DNA from: Mytilus edulis
Taxonomy: Eukaryota
Assembly: GCF_963676685.1 (NCBI RefSeq)
Contig: NC_092344.1
Span: forward strand, 48,732,001-48,796,000
Reading direction: 5' to 3'
Length of the DNA: 64,000 nt
Shown here in pieces: positions 24,636 to 38,100 of this stretch. The position numbers were made by a program, and so were the translations under genes. A model generated the notes under the pieces. That model searched no databases. It saw nothing but the letters and a program-made list of their open reading frames with translations, and had not been told where the DNA came from. The first letter of the stretch is position 1; each line of letters begins with the position of its first letter.

Positions 24636-25650
24636 TTAAGAAACAACACAATCATCCTATTAAATATTTAAAAGTTCAACCTTTGGGAGTAGTAAATAAG
24701 CAACTCATTCGAAGTTTGTACGATCACGGAAAATAATTGAATTAAATTGGATTAAAAAAATACAGACAGTCTACCCTCTCGGTCTTAGTGATAATATCAT
24801 GGAAATTGGCAATATATCAAGAACCGATTCTGTTAACATTTTGGATATATTTTCAAAAACTGTTCGAAAAAACCGTTCTCATGGTCGTAGACCAAATCGC
24901 AAATCAAAGAAAATGACGGACCAATCAAATCAATATTTCGGACCTAATTTCTATTTAAAAAAACAACGGCAGACATTTTCTGTTAACAAAGCTCTGTTCA
25001 TTACCGATTAAGAAGTTAAATAAAATTTTAGAGGATTGCAACACAATTTCATATAGCAGTCCTAAGTATGAAATCGTTCAAATTATAATTGCGTATTGTT
25101 ATGCTAAATTGTTTCCAAAAATTGATCATAAAAAACATTTTATTAAAATAAAGTGTGTCGATAAAGCTTAAGGTTTTGATTTTGTAAATAATGCCGGTAT
25201 TTCAGCGACCATCCCGTTAAAGAACAAATTCCTGGATATTTTGATAATACCGAGCTCCCTCTTAAATGTTATATTTACAAGAAATCTACCCGGAAATTTG
25301 TGTTTAATTATAGCCAATTGTGTAAAGATGTTAATATCAAAATACACCCACATCATGCAATTGCAGTAATTCCGAATACATGTATGAACCCATTTCACAT
25401 GTGATAACAGGAGATCTTAACATCGTTCAAGACTGAGAGTTAAAATCATTTCTCAGTAAAGGACCTAAATACCGCCCCCCCCCCCCCCCCGTCAATTATT
25501 GATTGGAATGATTGTCGTAATATCATCCACGACTCACTCCATATTTACTGTTTGAAATGGATAAAACGGGAAAAAGCTGACAAAAAATCTTTTGACTCGA
25601 TTTTTTAATTCAGTAATGAACATAGTTGATATACGTATTCAACATTTTAA

Positions 25651-26334
25651 AGGGGCACTAGATGCGAGATATATAAAAAATCTAAAGTTTGATTTTTTTC
25701 TGTTCAATCAATAATGAAAGTGAAATATTGAAATAACAATTCGCTTTTTGCAGCCAAAAAGGTTCAATTTTGTCAAATTACGCTAAGAAACATTGATAAT
25801 TAGTAATTCACTTGCAAGTGAATGAGTCGACCTTTTTAAAGTCGTATTCATGTGAACTTCAATTTAACCCCTAGCTAGAGATTGACAACGCATGCATTGT
25901 ACGTGTACTGGTTATTTAGAGAAAAGGAATGTCAACAACGAAAGTGAAATTACGGTAAATCATTTGATTACTAATTCGATGCACATAAAATCATTCTTAT
26001 ACGGTTAAAAACAATGAGAAACATCTATTGTTAATCTATAAAATAAAATCAAACAGACCTATAAAAATTCAATTGCACGTGTTGGTTTAATCTATTCATA
26101 TCTTTATTTATGTTTACATCGCTTATATGGTCATCTGAGGTCAAATCGATAGTTAATTAGATGGCGTCTGGACTAAAATACACACGAAACGAACCTATAT
26201 ATTATCTACCCCATGCTCTGTAAATTGTTTATTTTAGACTTTCGATAGTTTGAATAAATGTTTTACATTGTTATAAATCAAATATGAGAATTTGAGTCAA
26301 ATCGGTGACCATGAATTTGACAGCTAGTGCCCCT
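25651..26334. mobile_element. Non-autonomous TTAA-target TIR element (Kolobok-like)
   Basis: TIR AGGGGCACTAG(A/C)TG. TTAA at 25647-25650 and 26335-26338. The Penelope-like reading frame resumes on either side. Confidence 0.8.
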
Positions 26335-27318
26335 TTAAAGAACATTGTACTCTTAACAATAACCACAATAAACCTATTTCGCATATCAAACATAAATTAA
26401 AAGAACTAGCCAAGGAATTTGTTTTTGTCCCGGACGATAAAGCTGCTTATAATATTATAAATGATTGACGTAAATTTTACATTAAGGTTCTACAAAAAGA
26501 AGTCACCAATTCACAAATATTCCAACTGACTCCATTTTCAGAAAACGACACCTGTAACAAACATAAACTTTTAGCTACCGCTTTACAAGCAGAACCAAAA
26601 ACAATGAAAGTCCCAACTATGTGTTGGCTTCCGTAGCTACACAAAACACCATACAAATATAGATTTATTTCGTCTTCAAGCCATTGTTCCAATACTAAAT
26701 TATCTATTCCTCTTGCCAGTACACTTGGTACAATCAAAAACCTGATAATGAATTGTTCAAATGAGGCCTTCGAAAATAGTGGAATTAATTACTTTTGGAG
26801 TGTCAAAAACTCGTTGAAAGTACTTGACAAACTGCATGCTTATATTGGTGATTTTGAATCTTTTCAAAGTTTTGATTTTCTACCCTATATACCATATTGC
26901 CTCACATTCTCATTAAGAAAAAAACACACACCTAATTAAATGGGCATTTAAAAAGTTAGAATGTGAATATATATGTTCAAACTCTTTTAGGTCATTTTTA
27001 GTAGCAATAAACAAAAAAACTATGTCAATTGGACTACTTTGAAACTATATCTGCCCTTGATTTTTTTGTTCGCTTTGGAGATTCCGTATATCGCCAGGTT
27101 ATCGGAATTCCAATTGGGATTGACTGTGCACCACTTATTGCGGACCTGATTTTTGTATTGCTACGAGTTACATTTTATGACAAAAATCAGCAAAGATCCA
27201 TCGAAACAACATCTGATACACAAATTTAATAATACTTTTAGATATTTGGATGATATTTTGGATCTCAATAATGACGACTTCAGTATGTATACTAAAGAAA
27301 TTTATCCTGTTGAACTTA

Positions 27319-28949
27319 GGCCGTGTTCACACCAAACGCCGTGTAGAGTAAACATGTTTACAATTAGTTTAGTGAAGTGTGCACTGGTTTCACATTACAT
27401 TTGTTCACATCTATACACATTGTTTAGCTACCTGTACATAAGATTTGTTCTCACTTGTAAACTATGTGTCATTTAAATGTTCATTACGTAGAACTGAATT
27501 CAAAATTTTGGGACAATTTTTCTAGCGGTAAGGGAACAACCATTTGACTTCAAAAGGGGGGGTGGGGTGGGAATGGAAATATTCCGATCCCCAATTTGAT
27601 AAAAAAAAAAATGATCATACAGATCATAAAAGAAATATTCTGAATCAAAGAGTTTCCCCATACATTGTAGTGTTAAATATTGAAAAAAAATGTATTTGAT
27701 CACCAGCATCGAAAAAAAGGAATAAAAACGTACGCGCGAAAAAAAATCTTACTCAGATAAAAAAAAATAACCCTCCCCCTTTTTAAGTTAAGTGGTTACT
27801 ACTTTATGAAAGCCATTTTTATAATTTGCAGTAGTTTGAATATACTAGAGATGTCTCGATTACGCACTAGAAAACGTTAGCTGCAGCAGCGTGCTTACAG
27901 CCGAAAAAAAGGATTGAGTTATTAGGGATCTCTAAATTTTTATCTTTTCTGTTTGTTTCAAATGGTGTTTCTTCTCCAAGGAGTATTTGGTAAAAGAACA
28001 GGGTCACGTTTTTTTAAAATTTATTTTAAGGGTTATTTAACGGATTTGAGATACTAGACAAACATATCATTTACCCCACACTGTTTTTAGTCATGCATTT
28101 ATGCGTGAATCGTTGTTTGAGTAAAGACCAGTGGCAAATATTTCTATGTACGTCAAGTCGATTCGGGAAGACCTTTTCAAATGAATTAGGCAGCAACTAT
28201 TTACTTCATTTTTTAGGGAGGGAAAAGGGGGGGTAGAGGGGCGTGGGCTATTGATTTTTCCAGGACAAATTTTGGTGACAAGTCGAAATCAATTTTAGCA
28301 TTATATTTATATAGTGGCAGCTGAGGGTGAAACAAACAAATTTTTTTTCAGGGCCAAAAACTGGAAACATTTTTTGTTTCCAAAACAAAATCCATAGCTC
28401 ACCCCCCACCCCCTTGCCTTTATGTTTTATACTTAACTATAATAGCCCCACCCCCATGCCTTTATGTTTTATACTCAACTATAATAGCCCCCCTCCCCCA
28501 TGCCTTTATGTTTTATACTCAACTATAATAGCCCCCCCCCCCCCCGAAAATCAATTGGTTCCTGCCTTATGGGTTCGGCAATGATGCTGCTTTGAGTCTT
28601 GATCAGGGGTTAATAAAGTACGTGAATTTGTTTTTAACAAAAAAAAATCTGTAAAATTTAGACAACAATTTCTGTAAAGAACTATACTAATAATTATCAA
28701 AAATATCAATTTTACTCAAAAATAGTTTCCTCCTTAAATATATACACGGTAAAACTAATGTCCTAAATGCCTAGTTTTGTGTACACTTAACCTACACAAG
28801 GCCTACATTGACTATCGACTGTGTGTAGATAAAACATGATTTAAACTACATGTAAACATTGAGTTTTATCAATGGGAACGCAATTGTGTTTCGTTTACGT
28901 GTGAGTTACACTAACACAACACCGAATTTAGGTCAATGTGAACACGGCC
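27319..28949. mobile_element. Non-autonomous PIF/Harbinger-like element inserted in the RT
   Basis: 13-bp TIR GGCCGTGTTCACA. 3-bp TSD TTA at 27316-27318 and 28950-28952. It splits YPVEL|TLNKAN. Confidence 0.85.
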
Positions 28950-29541
28950 TTACTTTGAATAAAGCTAATACTAACAATGACCACTGCGCTTTCCTCGATC
29001 TTGATATCTATATCATTAACGGAAAGCTTAATACTAAAATTTACGATAAAAGAGATGATTTCTCAATTCCTTAGGTTAATTATCTATTTTTTTATGGTGA
29101 CATTCCCTTGTACGATTCGCTCGTGTATGTAACAATGTTTTAGATTTTAATGAGAGAAATTTATGTATTACTGAAAAATTATTACACCAGGGTTTTCGAT
29201 ATCACACACTAGTCAAAACAATTACTAAATTTTATCATCGGTATAAGGACATCATTCGTAAATATAGCTCAACATGCAGACTTCTTATACGTTCAGGTAT
29301 TTCACATCCAATATTTTATGGAAATATTCTTTAGAAAGCACAAAAATGTCAGTATTCACCTCAGAAGCTAACAAAACCTTTAAATAGACTTATTTAGAAG
29401 GGATATAGTTACGATACTGTTGTCAGGTCATTAAAGATTGCATATTTTGGCGTTGATTCACTTGTAGGGTCTTTGCATCGGAACTAAAAACATTTATTCA
29501 AAAACCAGTTATTGGCATGACACGGGTTATGTTCTTCTCAT

Positions 29542-29602
29542 ATAAGTTATGATGGCATAATACTAAATCTCTAACGGGAAGGATTGTGCCTGATGTTCAT
29601 AT
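29542..29602 (+). promoter_or_regulatory. Putative form-2 SECIS element (copy 2)
   Basis: ATGA at 29549-29552, helix GGCATAATACT pairing with AGGATTGTGCC, AAA at 29565-29567, TGAT at 29591-29594. The helix differences from copy 1 preserve pairing. Confidence 0.7.
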
Positions 29603-32350
29603 GATGAAATCATAATCTTTCAATCGGTTTAATTGAAGTCTGGAGCTGGCATGTCAGTTAACTGCTAGTAGTCTGTTGCTATTTATGTATTATTGTCATT
29701 TTGTTTATTTTCTTTGGTAACATCTTGGTGACATCAGACTCGGACGTCTCTTGAACTGAATTTTAAATGTGCGTATAGTTATGCGTTTACTTTTCTACAT
29801 TTGCTAGAGGTATAGGGAGAGGGTTGAGATCTCACAAACATGTTACCCCGCCGCATTTTTGCGCCTGTCCCCAGTCAGGAGCTTCTGGCCTTTGTTAGTC
29901 TTGTATTATTCTAATTCTAGTTTCTTGTGTACAATTTGGAAATTAGTATGGTGTTCATTATCACTGAACTAGTATATATTTGTTTAGGGGCCAGCTGAGT
30001 AACGCCTCCGGGTGCGGGAATTTCTTGCTACATTGAAGACCTGTTGGTGAGCTTCTGCTGTTGTTTTTTCTATGGTCGGATTGTTGTCTCTTTGACACAT
30101 TCCCCATTTCCATCCTCAATTTTATACATACTATTGCTAGTACATGACTTAAATATTTTTTACTTACATCTGACAAATAAAGTCCCGTAACTCCGGAACA
30201 ACAAGCAAATCGAAAGAATTATTTTTCGATAGGCTTTTAAATCGATTCATAAGTGACTTTAAGAAATCGTATATTGTTATGTTTATATGTTTTATTCATC
30301 TTCCAATTTAATTTTCAATTTTCAATTTTGTATATAAAACTTTATTTTAAAGCTAATGAATTAAATGCTGTTTCTCCTAAAACAAATGTTGTTGGAAGTA
30401 CTCGGCAGCAAGAAGAAAACAAATGGAAATTTTATTCGACCGAGCGTTTTTTTATAGATTTTCCTTCGTATGCACAAAGCAAACAATATTTGAGCCAAGT
30501 ATTGAAACACGGGAAGAGTTATAGGGACCGAAAATATTTGCCAAACCACATATAAATTCAATTTTACCTGAATGAGTTGAAACCTTAGTTTCTTGATAAT
30601 TTCTATAATTACATTTTAAGTAGTTTAGCAACATTTTCATTATTGAATAAAACTCCTCACTATCTGTGAGCACATCAATACGTTCAATGAAATGTAAAGA
30701 GCTGTATTTATCATGATGCGTCTAAAATTGTGTTTACATATATCGGACATGAAATTTATCTTTTATACTATTCTCCTCACAGTTAAAACATGACTTCTCA
30801 TGAACGCATTGCCGTTCAGACATGTACCTTCCGGGTTACATTTTAAGGAGAAAAAACCTACACGTATAGCGCTCAAGACGAGCACTTCTATGTCATCTCT
30901 ATTCTTCGAATCAGCATTTAACACCTTACCCCATGTCGCAGGACAATTTTCCATTGTTTAACGCAACAGACCGGTGTATTAAATTTTAAGACTGTTACCT
31001 TTGATAACTATTCTTTCCATTCGCCGAAATTTTCATGATTAATGTACATCATCAATAAATTTGTATCCACATCTTAATTGTATATAGTTACCAGGATTAT
31101 ATATTTCTTGGATAAGTGTTTTTAATACTCGTTGAATTCAACTTTTTTTTGATAGACTAATGTAAATTGATGAACTGAAGTAATATTCTATCTAGTGTAT
31201 TTAAAAATTTCATACAATATAATTGAGTAAAAGAGTCGAGCTAATTAGACATTAAAAACATTTACCTTTTACCTCACTACTATTTTTGGATTCTGAATCG
31301 GTTCCGGTTTCAGTTTTGGTATCGGTTTTGGTTTCAGTATTGGCTGAGGATTTGTTTGTCAGATATGGAAGTATATATATATACTGGACATTACTTCGCA
31401 AATTTTCGGAGTTATCTCCTGTAAAAAATCCTCACGCAGAGAAAAAATAAAATTCTGACTAATTGATCGACAAATTACATACATGAACTGGGTAATATGT
31501 GATTAACAAATATTGAGGCTAAGACACTTATAATCTTAATTTTGATAATGAGCCTATGGACTGCTTATTTGTCATGTCCTATATACATATCCGATCACAT
31601 CTTCCGTTGTCTTCATTAAGTTCAATATATAGGTTTTTAACTGGTCATTGTTATATTTTGTTGACAAAAGATTCACAACATTTGATACAATAAATCAACC
31701 AAAATATACTAAAAAAATCTGTTGAAGATAAAAGGAGAAGAATTCGCTAATTTATATTTATCCCATGATTTTTTTTTATCAAAAATATTATTATATGTAA
31801 CAACTTACGACGATTAAACGACATGTTATCACGTGAATACATGTTCCTATATAACCTCAAAAGTGGAGGGATCTTCTCTTGAGAGAATCTTTTTGATCCT
31901 ATAGATTAATCGTAGAACATATTTCACGTCGTTGTTTATAGTTTGGATTGCTTTGAACACTTAAAATGTTAATGTTTCAATTTTTTAATATTTTAATAAC
32001 ACTATAGAAATGAAAACAACATATCAGGTATCTTGGTCACTTTTTAATTTGTTATATACGTAGGTTTGATGATACTTTGTCATTTTTATTGGAAAACAAT
32101 TGTTATTTATAATGCCATGACGAAAAGGGGTACAGTTAGGGGATTGTTTTATCTAAAGTTAAAGATTTCAACTCTCTATATCTAGCAGGCATCATGTAGT
32201 CTCTTAAATAAATTATTTTTGGGGAAAAAAAATAATATATCTATATTTTAATTGCTAATATCTAGAGAGTTGAATAAATGCTATATGAATTTTTCACACA
32301 GTCAATAAATAAATGTAGATGTAAAATTGTAGATTCAGAAAGTTTACAAA

Positions 32351-32352
<2 letters not shown>

Positions 32353-32399
<47 letters not shown>
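32353..32399. repeat. (TC)n microsatellite
   Basis: Pure TC run; a shorter paralogous run lies at about 4935-4955. Confidence 0.9.
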
Positions 32400-32402
<3 letters not shown>

Positions 32403-33261
32403 AAAAGGGAAGAAAATCTTACAAGAAAATGTAAACATTATAAGTAAATTTACAATCGCAGAATAATGTAAACATGAAACAATGGTAGATAAAATATTTC
32501 TTTTAGGTCAACAGATATTTATCTGTTGTTAATTTCATTATGTTGTTATGTAGAACACATGTTTAATTAACATTCATATGGAATTATCATTTTTTTTTCT
32601 TACAAATAATGATGTATTCGAAGTTGTTGTACCAATCATGCATATATATATACTTTAAGTTAGTCCTGTGTTTTTCTATCAACAGTAAATGAACCTTATT
32701 TTAGTAATTTATTTTTTGGTGAATCCTCTTGAATCTTCTGAAATTGATTGGTAAGTGTTATATACATAAACACAAAAACTAGTTAAATCAACACCCGATT
32801 AGCATCCGTTAATTTTATCAGAAATCTTAGTACATTTTTCACACCTTCCTACAGTAGTTACACTTTGTTTATAAATATTGACCCTTGAAAAATATGTCAC
32901 ATATGTAATACCTGTAAGTTGTGAATCATAAAAATATGCAAGTGACACACTTGTAACATAAGTGTCTTTTTGACATATAGTCCCATATTATGAACTTTTG
33001 ATATTATTGTCGGAAAGATTAGATCACGAAATGGACAACATCTGACATCAATTGAAGTGACGTGGTTATTGCTAATCAGAAATTGTACATACTAATGAGT
33101 TTGATTTATTTATCTTTTCTTTATAATAACCCCTTACTTGATGCGTTTTTCCTCATCCTTCCCAAATATTTTGTTTAGGGATTAGTTGACTAAGAAATTA
33201 AATCTTGGTCAGATGATGTAGCTCCATGAAGTGTGTCAAGAGTTTTGTGGTTACTAATATG

Positions 33262-33269
33262 TATATAAA
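33262..33269 (+). promoter_or_regulatory. TATA box of the pleiotrophin-domain gene (copy 2)
   Basis: TATATAAA 65 bp upstream of ATG 33327. Confidence 0.6.
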
Positions 33270-33326
33270 GTCGCAAACATAAGCTAAGGTCACCTCAGTT
33301 TTCTTTTGTCTTTAATAAGCTACAAT

Positions 33327-33411
33327 ATGAAAAACGTGTTTGTTATTTTTGTCGTCGTCCTGGTAGCTACAGCCGCTGCTAAAAAGGGATGGAAACTCCG
33401 ACAGCGACAAC
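33327..33411 (+). CDS. Pleiotrophin/midkine-like four-domain secreted protein, copy 2, exon 1 (signal peptide)
   Basis: MKNVFVIFVVVLVATAAAKKGWKLRQRQ followed by a phase-1 GTAAGT donor. Confidence 0.8.
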
Positions 33412-34279
33412 GTAAGTCTAAAGTTTAACAAGCATTTTATTACTTTGAGTGTAAGCATTAAATTTTCAACTACTTTTACAAGCATTTAAATTAGTTTAAC
33501 AACTATTCAAATTATTATAACTAGCATTTCTATTATTTAATAAGCATTTTTATTAGTTTATCAAGGATTTCAATTAGTTTAACAAGTATTCAAATTACTA
33601 TAACTAGCATTTTTATAAGTTTAACAAGCATTTTAATTACCAAAATTACTACATAGTGCACCAGATGGTCAGTCCAGGGAAATAAGCAAGACTGTCTTTC
33701 ATAAAAAATTGTAAAATAACTCAAAATCAAAAGCAGCTGACCTTGAAAATATATAAAATAAAATACTATCAATAAAGAAAATATTCTGATTTGATTTTAC
33801 AAATGAACAATAAAATAGCACGTTATAAATTTGTAGCGTCCGGGGCGCTTTTCAGTTTTAACGCTCAAACCAAAGGCTTATAAAACACGAATACACCAGA
33901 CGCTGTATGACTAAAATGGGGAATACAAAACATTGTTTCTTGTATCTTAAGTCAACATTGCTGGAGGGATTGAGGATATGTGTTTCTTAATAGTTTCGAA
34001 ATTATTCATTAACGGAAAATTCCAGAAAAGTAGGTTATATATTATGTCAGTACTGAAAAACTCCAATAAGAACTCTTTCGATGCCGAAAAAAGAAAATAT
34101 GTAGTTAAATGTATGTTATATCCGTTTTTTGCCTGATATATTAAGATCTTGTTAGAATTATTATAAAGGATAAACATTGAACATATAATGTGTCAAAATA
34201 TTAGTAATTGAACAAAATAGGACTTGTTTACTTAAAGTTTTTATTTGAAACCTTGAAAATGAATAAACCAACTTTTCAG

Positions 34280-34543
34280 AATGCAAATATGATAAAAGTG
34301 CATGGAGTGACTGTGACACGAAAACAAATACCGTCAGCCGAGTTCTGACTCTAAAATCCGGCAAGGAAGGATGCCAACAGACACAGAACCAAACCATAAC
34401 ATGTGATAGGTTTGAAAGACTACAAGCATGGAAAATAAAAAAGGCGGAAAATAGAAGAGAATTGCAGGAAAAGAAACATCAAAGAAAAGAACGACAACAA
34501 GAGATGAAAGAGAATAAACAGCTTGTGAAAGAGCAACTTAAAA
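34280..34543 (+). CDS. Pleiotrophin/midkine-like protein, copy 2, exon 2 (domain 1 plus basic tail)
   Basis: TTTTCAG acceptor, CKYDKSAWSDCDTKTNTVSRVLTLKSGKEGCQQTQNQTITC, GTAAGA donor; 264 nt. Confidence 0.85.
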
Positions 34544-35053
34544 GTAAGAAAATATATGAGAATGATTGAAAAATATTGTCTTACACATAAAATATTGTTA
34601 TTTACTAATATAATCAGAATTTTTGTCGATTTTGATGCAGGTTGTGATTGCTTAAACAATCGCTTCCTAATAAATTAAGCTTTAAAATTCATTTCGGTAA
34701 GAGTACCGTCCGTGTACATTTACGCCAAACATTTTTCATTTTAAAATGAAAAATAAATTTTCAAATTGCTCTTCAAATCTTAAAGGTAGTTGGTTTGAAA
34801 AATGTAACAAAAACCTATAGAAATCACTTTCGAAAAACCATTTTCTCTATGAGATTTGAAATTTGTTATTTTCATGAAATTATATTTTTGATTTAACGAA
34901 GATATTGAAACAAATAACAATAACTTTCTGTTAAAAATGATTTTATTTTGTCAAAAGTTTAAAATTATTAAAACATTTATATTTGCTTGCTTTAGAAAAC
35001 AAAACATATTTCAATCTCATTCTTAAAAGCAAATATTGAAAATACTGACCTTT

Positions 35054-35270
35054 AGCATTTTTCAATTTAGTTTACAATATTGACAAATGGAAAATGATCT
35101 AACGTGGAGTATTTTTCAATTTGACTTACAATATTGAAAAATGAAAAATGCTCAAGCGTGGAGCATTTTTCAATTTGTCTTCAAATATTGAAAAATGAAA
35201 AATGCTCCAACGTGGAGCATTTTTCAATTTGACGTTTAATATTGAAAAATGAAAAATGCTCCAATTTTTC
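35054..35270. repeat. Array of ~54-bp palindromic tandem repeats in the left TIR
   Basis: Units contain TGAAAAATGCTCCA-ACG-TGGAGCATTTTTCA. Confidence 0.85.
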
Positions 35271-37834
35271 AATTTTCATTTTACTGTGCAATATTCAAAT
35301 TTGAAAAATGTTCATTATTTAAATGTCTAATAATGGGAACGAAATGTAATTTGTTTCAATGTAGGCGTTTTAAATGTTTAAATTGTTGTCCCTTTTTATT
35401 AAATGTTTTACTATTTCCGTTTTTTTTTGTCTTGTTTTAAGCGCAATATGTCTTGAAGATCTTTTTAAGGTGTGTTTGTGTGTGTGTGTGTGTGTGTGAA
35501 CTATGTGTGGTATCAACAAATTCCGAACAAGAATGGTACACTGACAAGTACGATAATGACCACAAAGAATTATTCTTTCTTTTTATCTATATACAATGTA
35601 TATAGCTGTCATTGTAGCTACGTGTTTATATCTATCTTTCGATCTATCAATCTGTCATTCATTGTATATATCTTGCTATCTGTCTATCTATCTGACTTTT
35701 GTTTTTCTTTGTCTTTTCTTTCCGTAAGTCGTTTTTATTCTGAAAATGGAATTACTAGGCGATGCGGAGTAGACGAAGTTGCATTGGACCATATCGTGGC
35801 TGAATGTGTCAAACATGTTAGAAAAGAAGAGAAAATATTAGAATATTAGATATTGTCCATGTCAGTTTCTGTACATGCTCAAGGAGCAGGGTTCGCGATT
35901 CGAAAGGGATGGGGAGGGATGGGTGTAGATGTTGAATTATTCTGATCACTGTGCTAGTATATGTTTTCAATTTTGTATTTTTCTACATTGTACAGCGTTT
36001 CCTAATTTTGAATCTGTTTAATACAAACTTGTTTTTCCCAACTGATATTCACAATTTCATTCGCAGAATTTCAAATAAGCAATCATCTTATAAAAGAAAA
36101 TATGAAATTAACTTGCATGCATGTATGTGTGGTAAATGTATATTTCGAAGAATGAAAGACTTCTTATATTTGCTTTTACCGAAAACAAAATGTAGCAAAG
36201 AATATATAATAATTATGTGAATAGTATTTCAACAAACATGAAACAGTTCCCCCGAGGTTCTGTATTATGTACATTCTATTATCATGTCTTTAATATGATT
36301 TTACATCTTCAATATGTGAAAGCAAAACGAGTATTATAGGACAAATATGTCGACACAAAAAAGGGGTCTCAGTCAGTGACAATCTTCTTTTGAAATACAA
36401 AAAGGAAAAAATAACAGATCGACACAGATCGACACAAATGATCGAATTTCAAACCGTATGCATCATGTACATGGAACAAATACTAGTAGTTACATTTATC
36501 AAGCAAAGGAATCAACGTGTGTGAAGCTAGAGTTGGTAAAGTATTAGCGACAGTTAACCCTCGCTACCATCATTTACGACAGCAGCAGTGGTTGATTCAG
36601 AATTTTTCATAAGGGGTGGCACTGACTGACCTTAAGGGGGTCCAGTCATGCTTTGGCGATTTCCTATATAATCAACCAAATTTTCCCCACAAAAGGGTGG
36701 GGGAACCAACGGAAATACATAGTGTTTCAACTTCTGCAATGATGACAGCGTATAATGCACATGGTCGACGCTTCCACAAAGCCAAAGTAAGGGACAACAT
36801 CAAAAGTTCAATGTAGGATAATAAAAAAATACTTAATTTACATAGTTTTTTCACTGATTCCTTATTCTTAACTTAATTTGTGAAATATTGATTATAAAAA
36901 ACGGACATATGTAAAATCGATTTTGGATAAACAAAACTCGCAGCAATTTCACACCCCTCCCCCTCTATCAGAAACATCGAGCACGCTTGTATCTGTACTA
37001 TATGTTTAGCATTTTTTATAACTTGTTTCTTTGTTTGTATACGCCCGTCTAAAACGGGACATATTATGATATACCGTTGTCGGTCCGTCGTCCACACTTC
37101 GGACAATTAATAAAAAACGCTTCCACCAACTTTTATGGAACTTTATCGAATTGTTTATATCTATTGACGTAAGATCCCTTTCGATTTTTATAAAATTCAA
37201 ATTTTTCGTTTCCATGTTATGACTTTTTTTCCTTAAAAAGGGGGGAGTTTTCCAGTTTTCGGAGACTAATTCTAAAATGCTGCCATCAACTTATGAGACT
37301 TTGGTGAATTGTTTAAATCTATTGACGTATGCTCTGATTTTTATAAATTTCAGATTTTACGTTTCCGTGTCATGAATTTTTATGCTTAAAAAAGGGGGGA
37401 TTTTCCAGTTTTCGGACAATCATTCATAAACACTTAAACAAAATTTTATGACAGTTTAGTGAACTGTTTAAATATGTTGACTTAAGCTACCTTTCAATTT
37501 TTTTTTAAATTTCAGATTTTACTTTTTTTTTTTTTAGTTATGAATTTTTATATTGAAAAAAGGGGATTTTTTCCAGTTTTTTGGACAATAACTCAAACAC
37601 GCTTTTACCAACTTTTATGAAACATTTACATTTTTGGAGTTATGGAGTTTTTATTCATAAAAAAATGAGGCTTTTTTCCAGTTTTTCGGATAATAAATCA
37701 CAAATGCTTTCAGCATTAAATGATTAGACTATGGTGACTAGTTAATATATCTAATAATTAAACTAAGTACCCTTTTGATTTTTATATAATTTCTGATTTG
37801 ATGTTGTACAGTTTTGGGGATTTTTTCTTCTGAC

Positions 37835-38100
37835 AAAATGTCGGAAATGGTCAAGGAAATTTTGCATGACGAAATTGAAGAAATGGTGGTAGACACAAAA
37901 GAGAGTACTGACAGTATAACATGGAAAGACGGAACAAGAATTGTGGAGCTTTTAAGTCTGGCACTGAATAACTGCAAAAACGCTGCACGGCCCAGCGGAA
38001 TCTGCTCGGCGTAGAGAATGAAATATTTCAAGGAATTGGGATCTATCTTACTATTCGTTGCTTAAACTGTAACATGCTGGAAAACAAAATTCGGAACAAA
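37835..38100 (+). pseudogene. Frameshifted fragment resembling the N-terminal Zn-binding region of Mutator-like transposases
   Basis: WKDGTRIVELLSLALNNCK, then in a shifted frame VENEIFQGIGIYLTIRCLNC. This resembles, from memory, the GRRIVEL...CxxC...E..GLG..L.I.CxxC pattern. No DDE core was seen. Confidence 0.4.

Larger units (their letters stand above)
24120..29487 (+). mobile_element. Naiad-type Penelope-like retroelement (GIY-YIG upstream of RT), degenerate, with three nested DNA transposons
   Basis: GIY-YIG C-terminal motif RKIIELNWIKKIQTVYPLGLSDN at 24727-24795. Then HVITGDLNIV...LSKGPKYR, VP.DKAA, P.LHKTPYKYRFISSS, GIPIG.DCAP, RYLDD and FLDLDI...KIYDKRDDF. Stop at 29485-29487. Confidence 0.85.

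Noticed and set aside
25434-25436. Second in-frame TGA in the Penelope-like ORF (IVQD*ELK) as selenocysteine
   Set aside because: It is not at a recognisable Cys position and is more simply explained by CGA>TGA decay.
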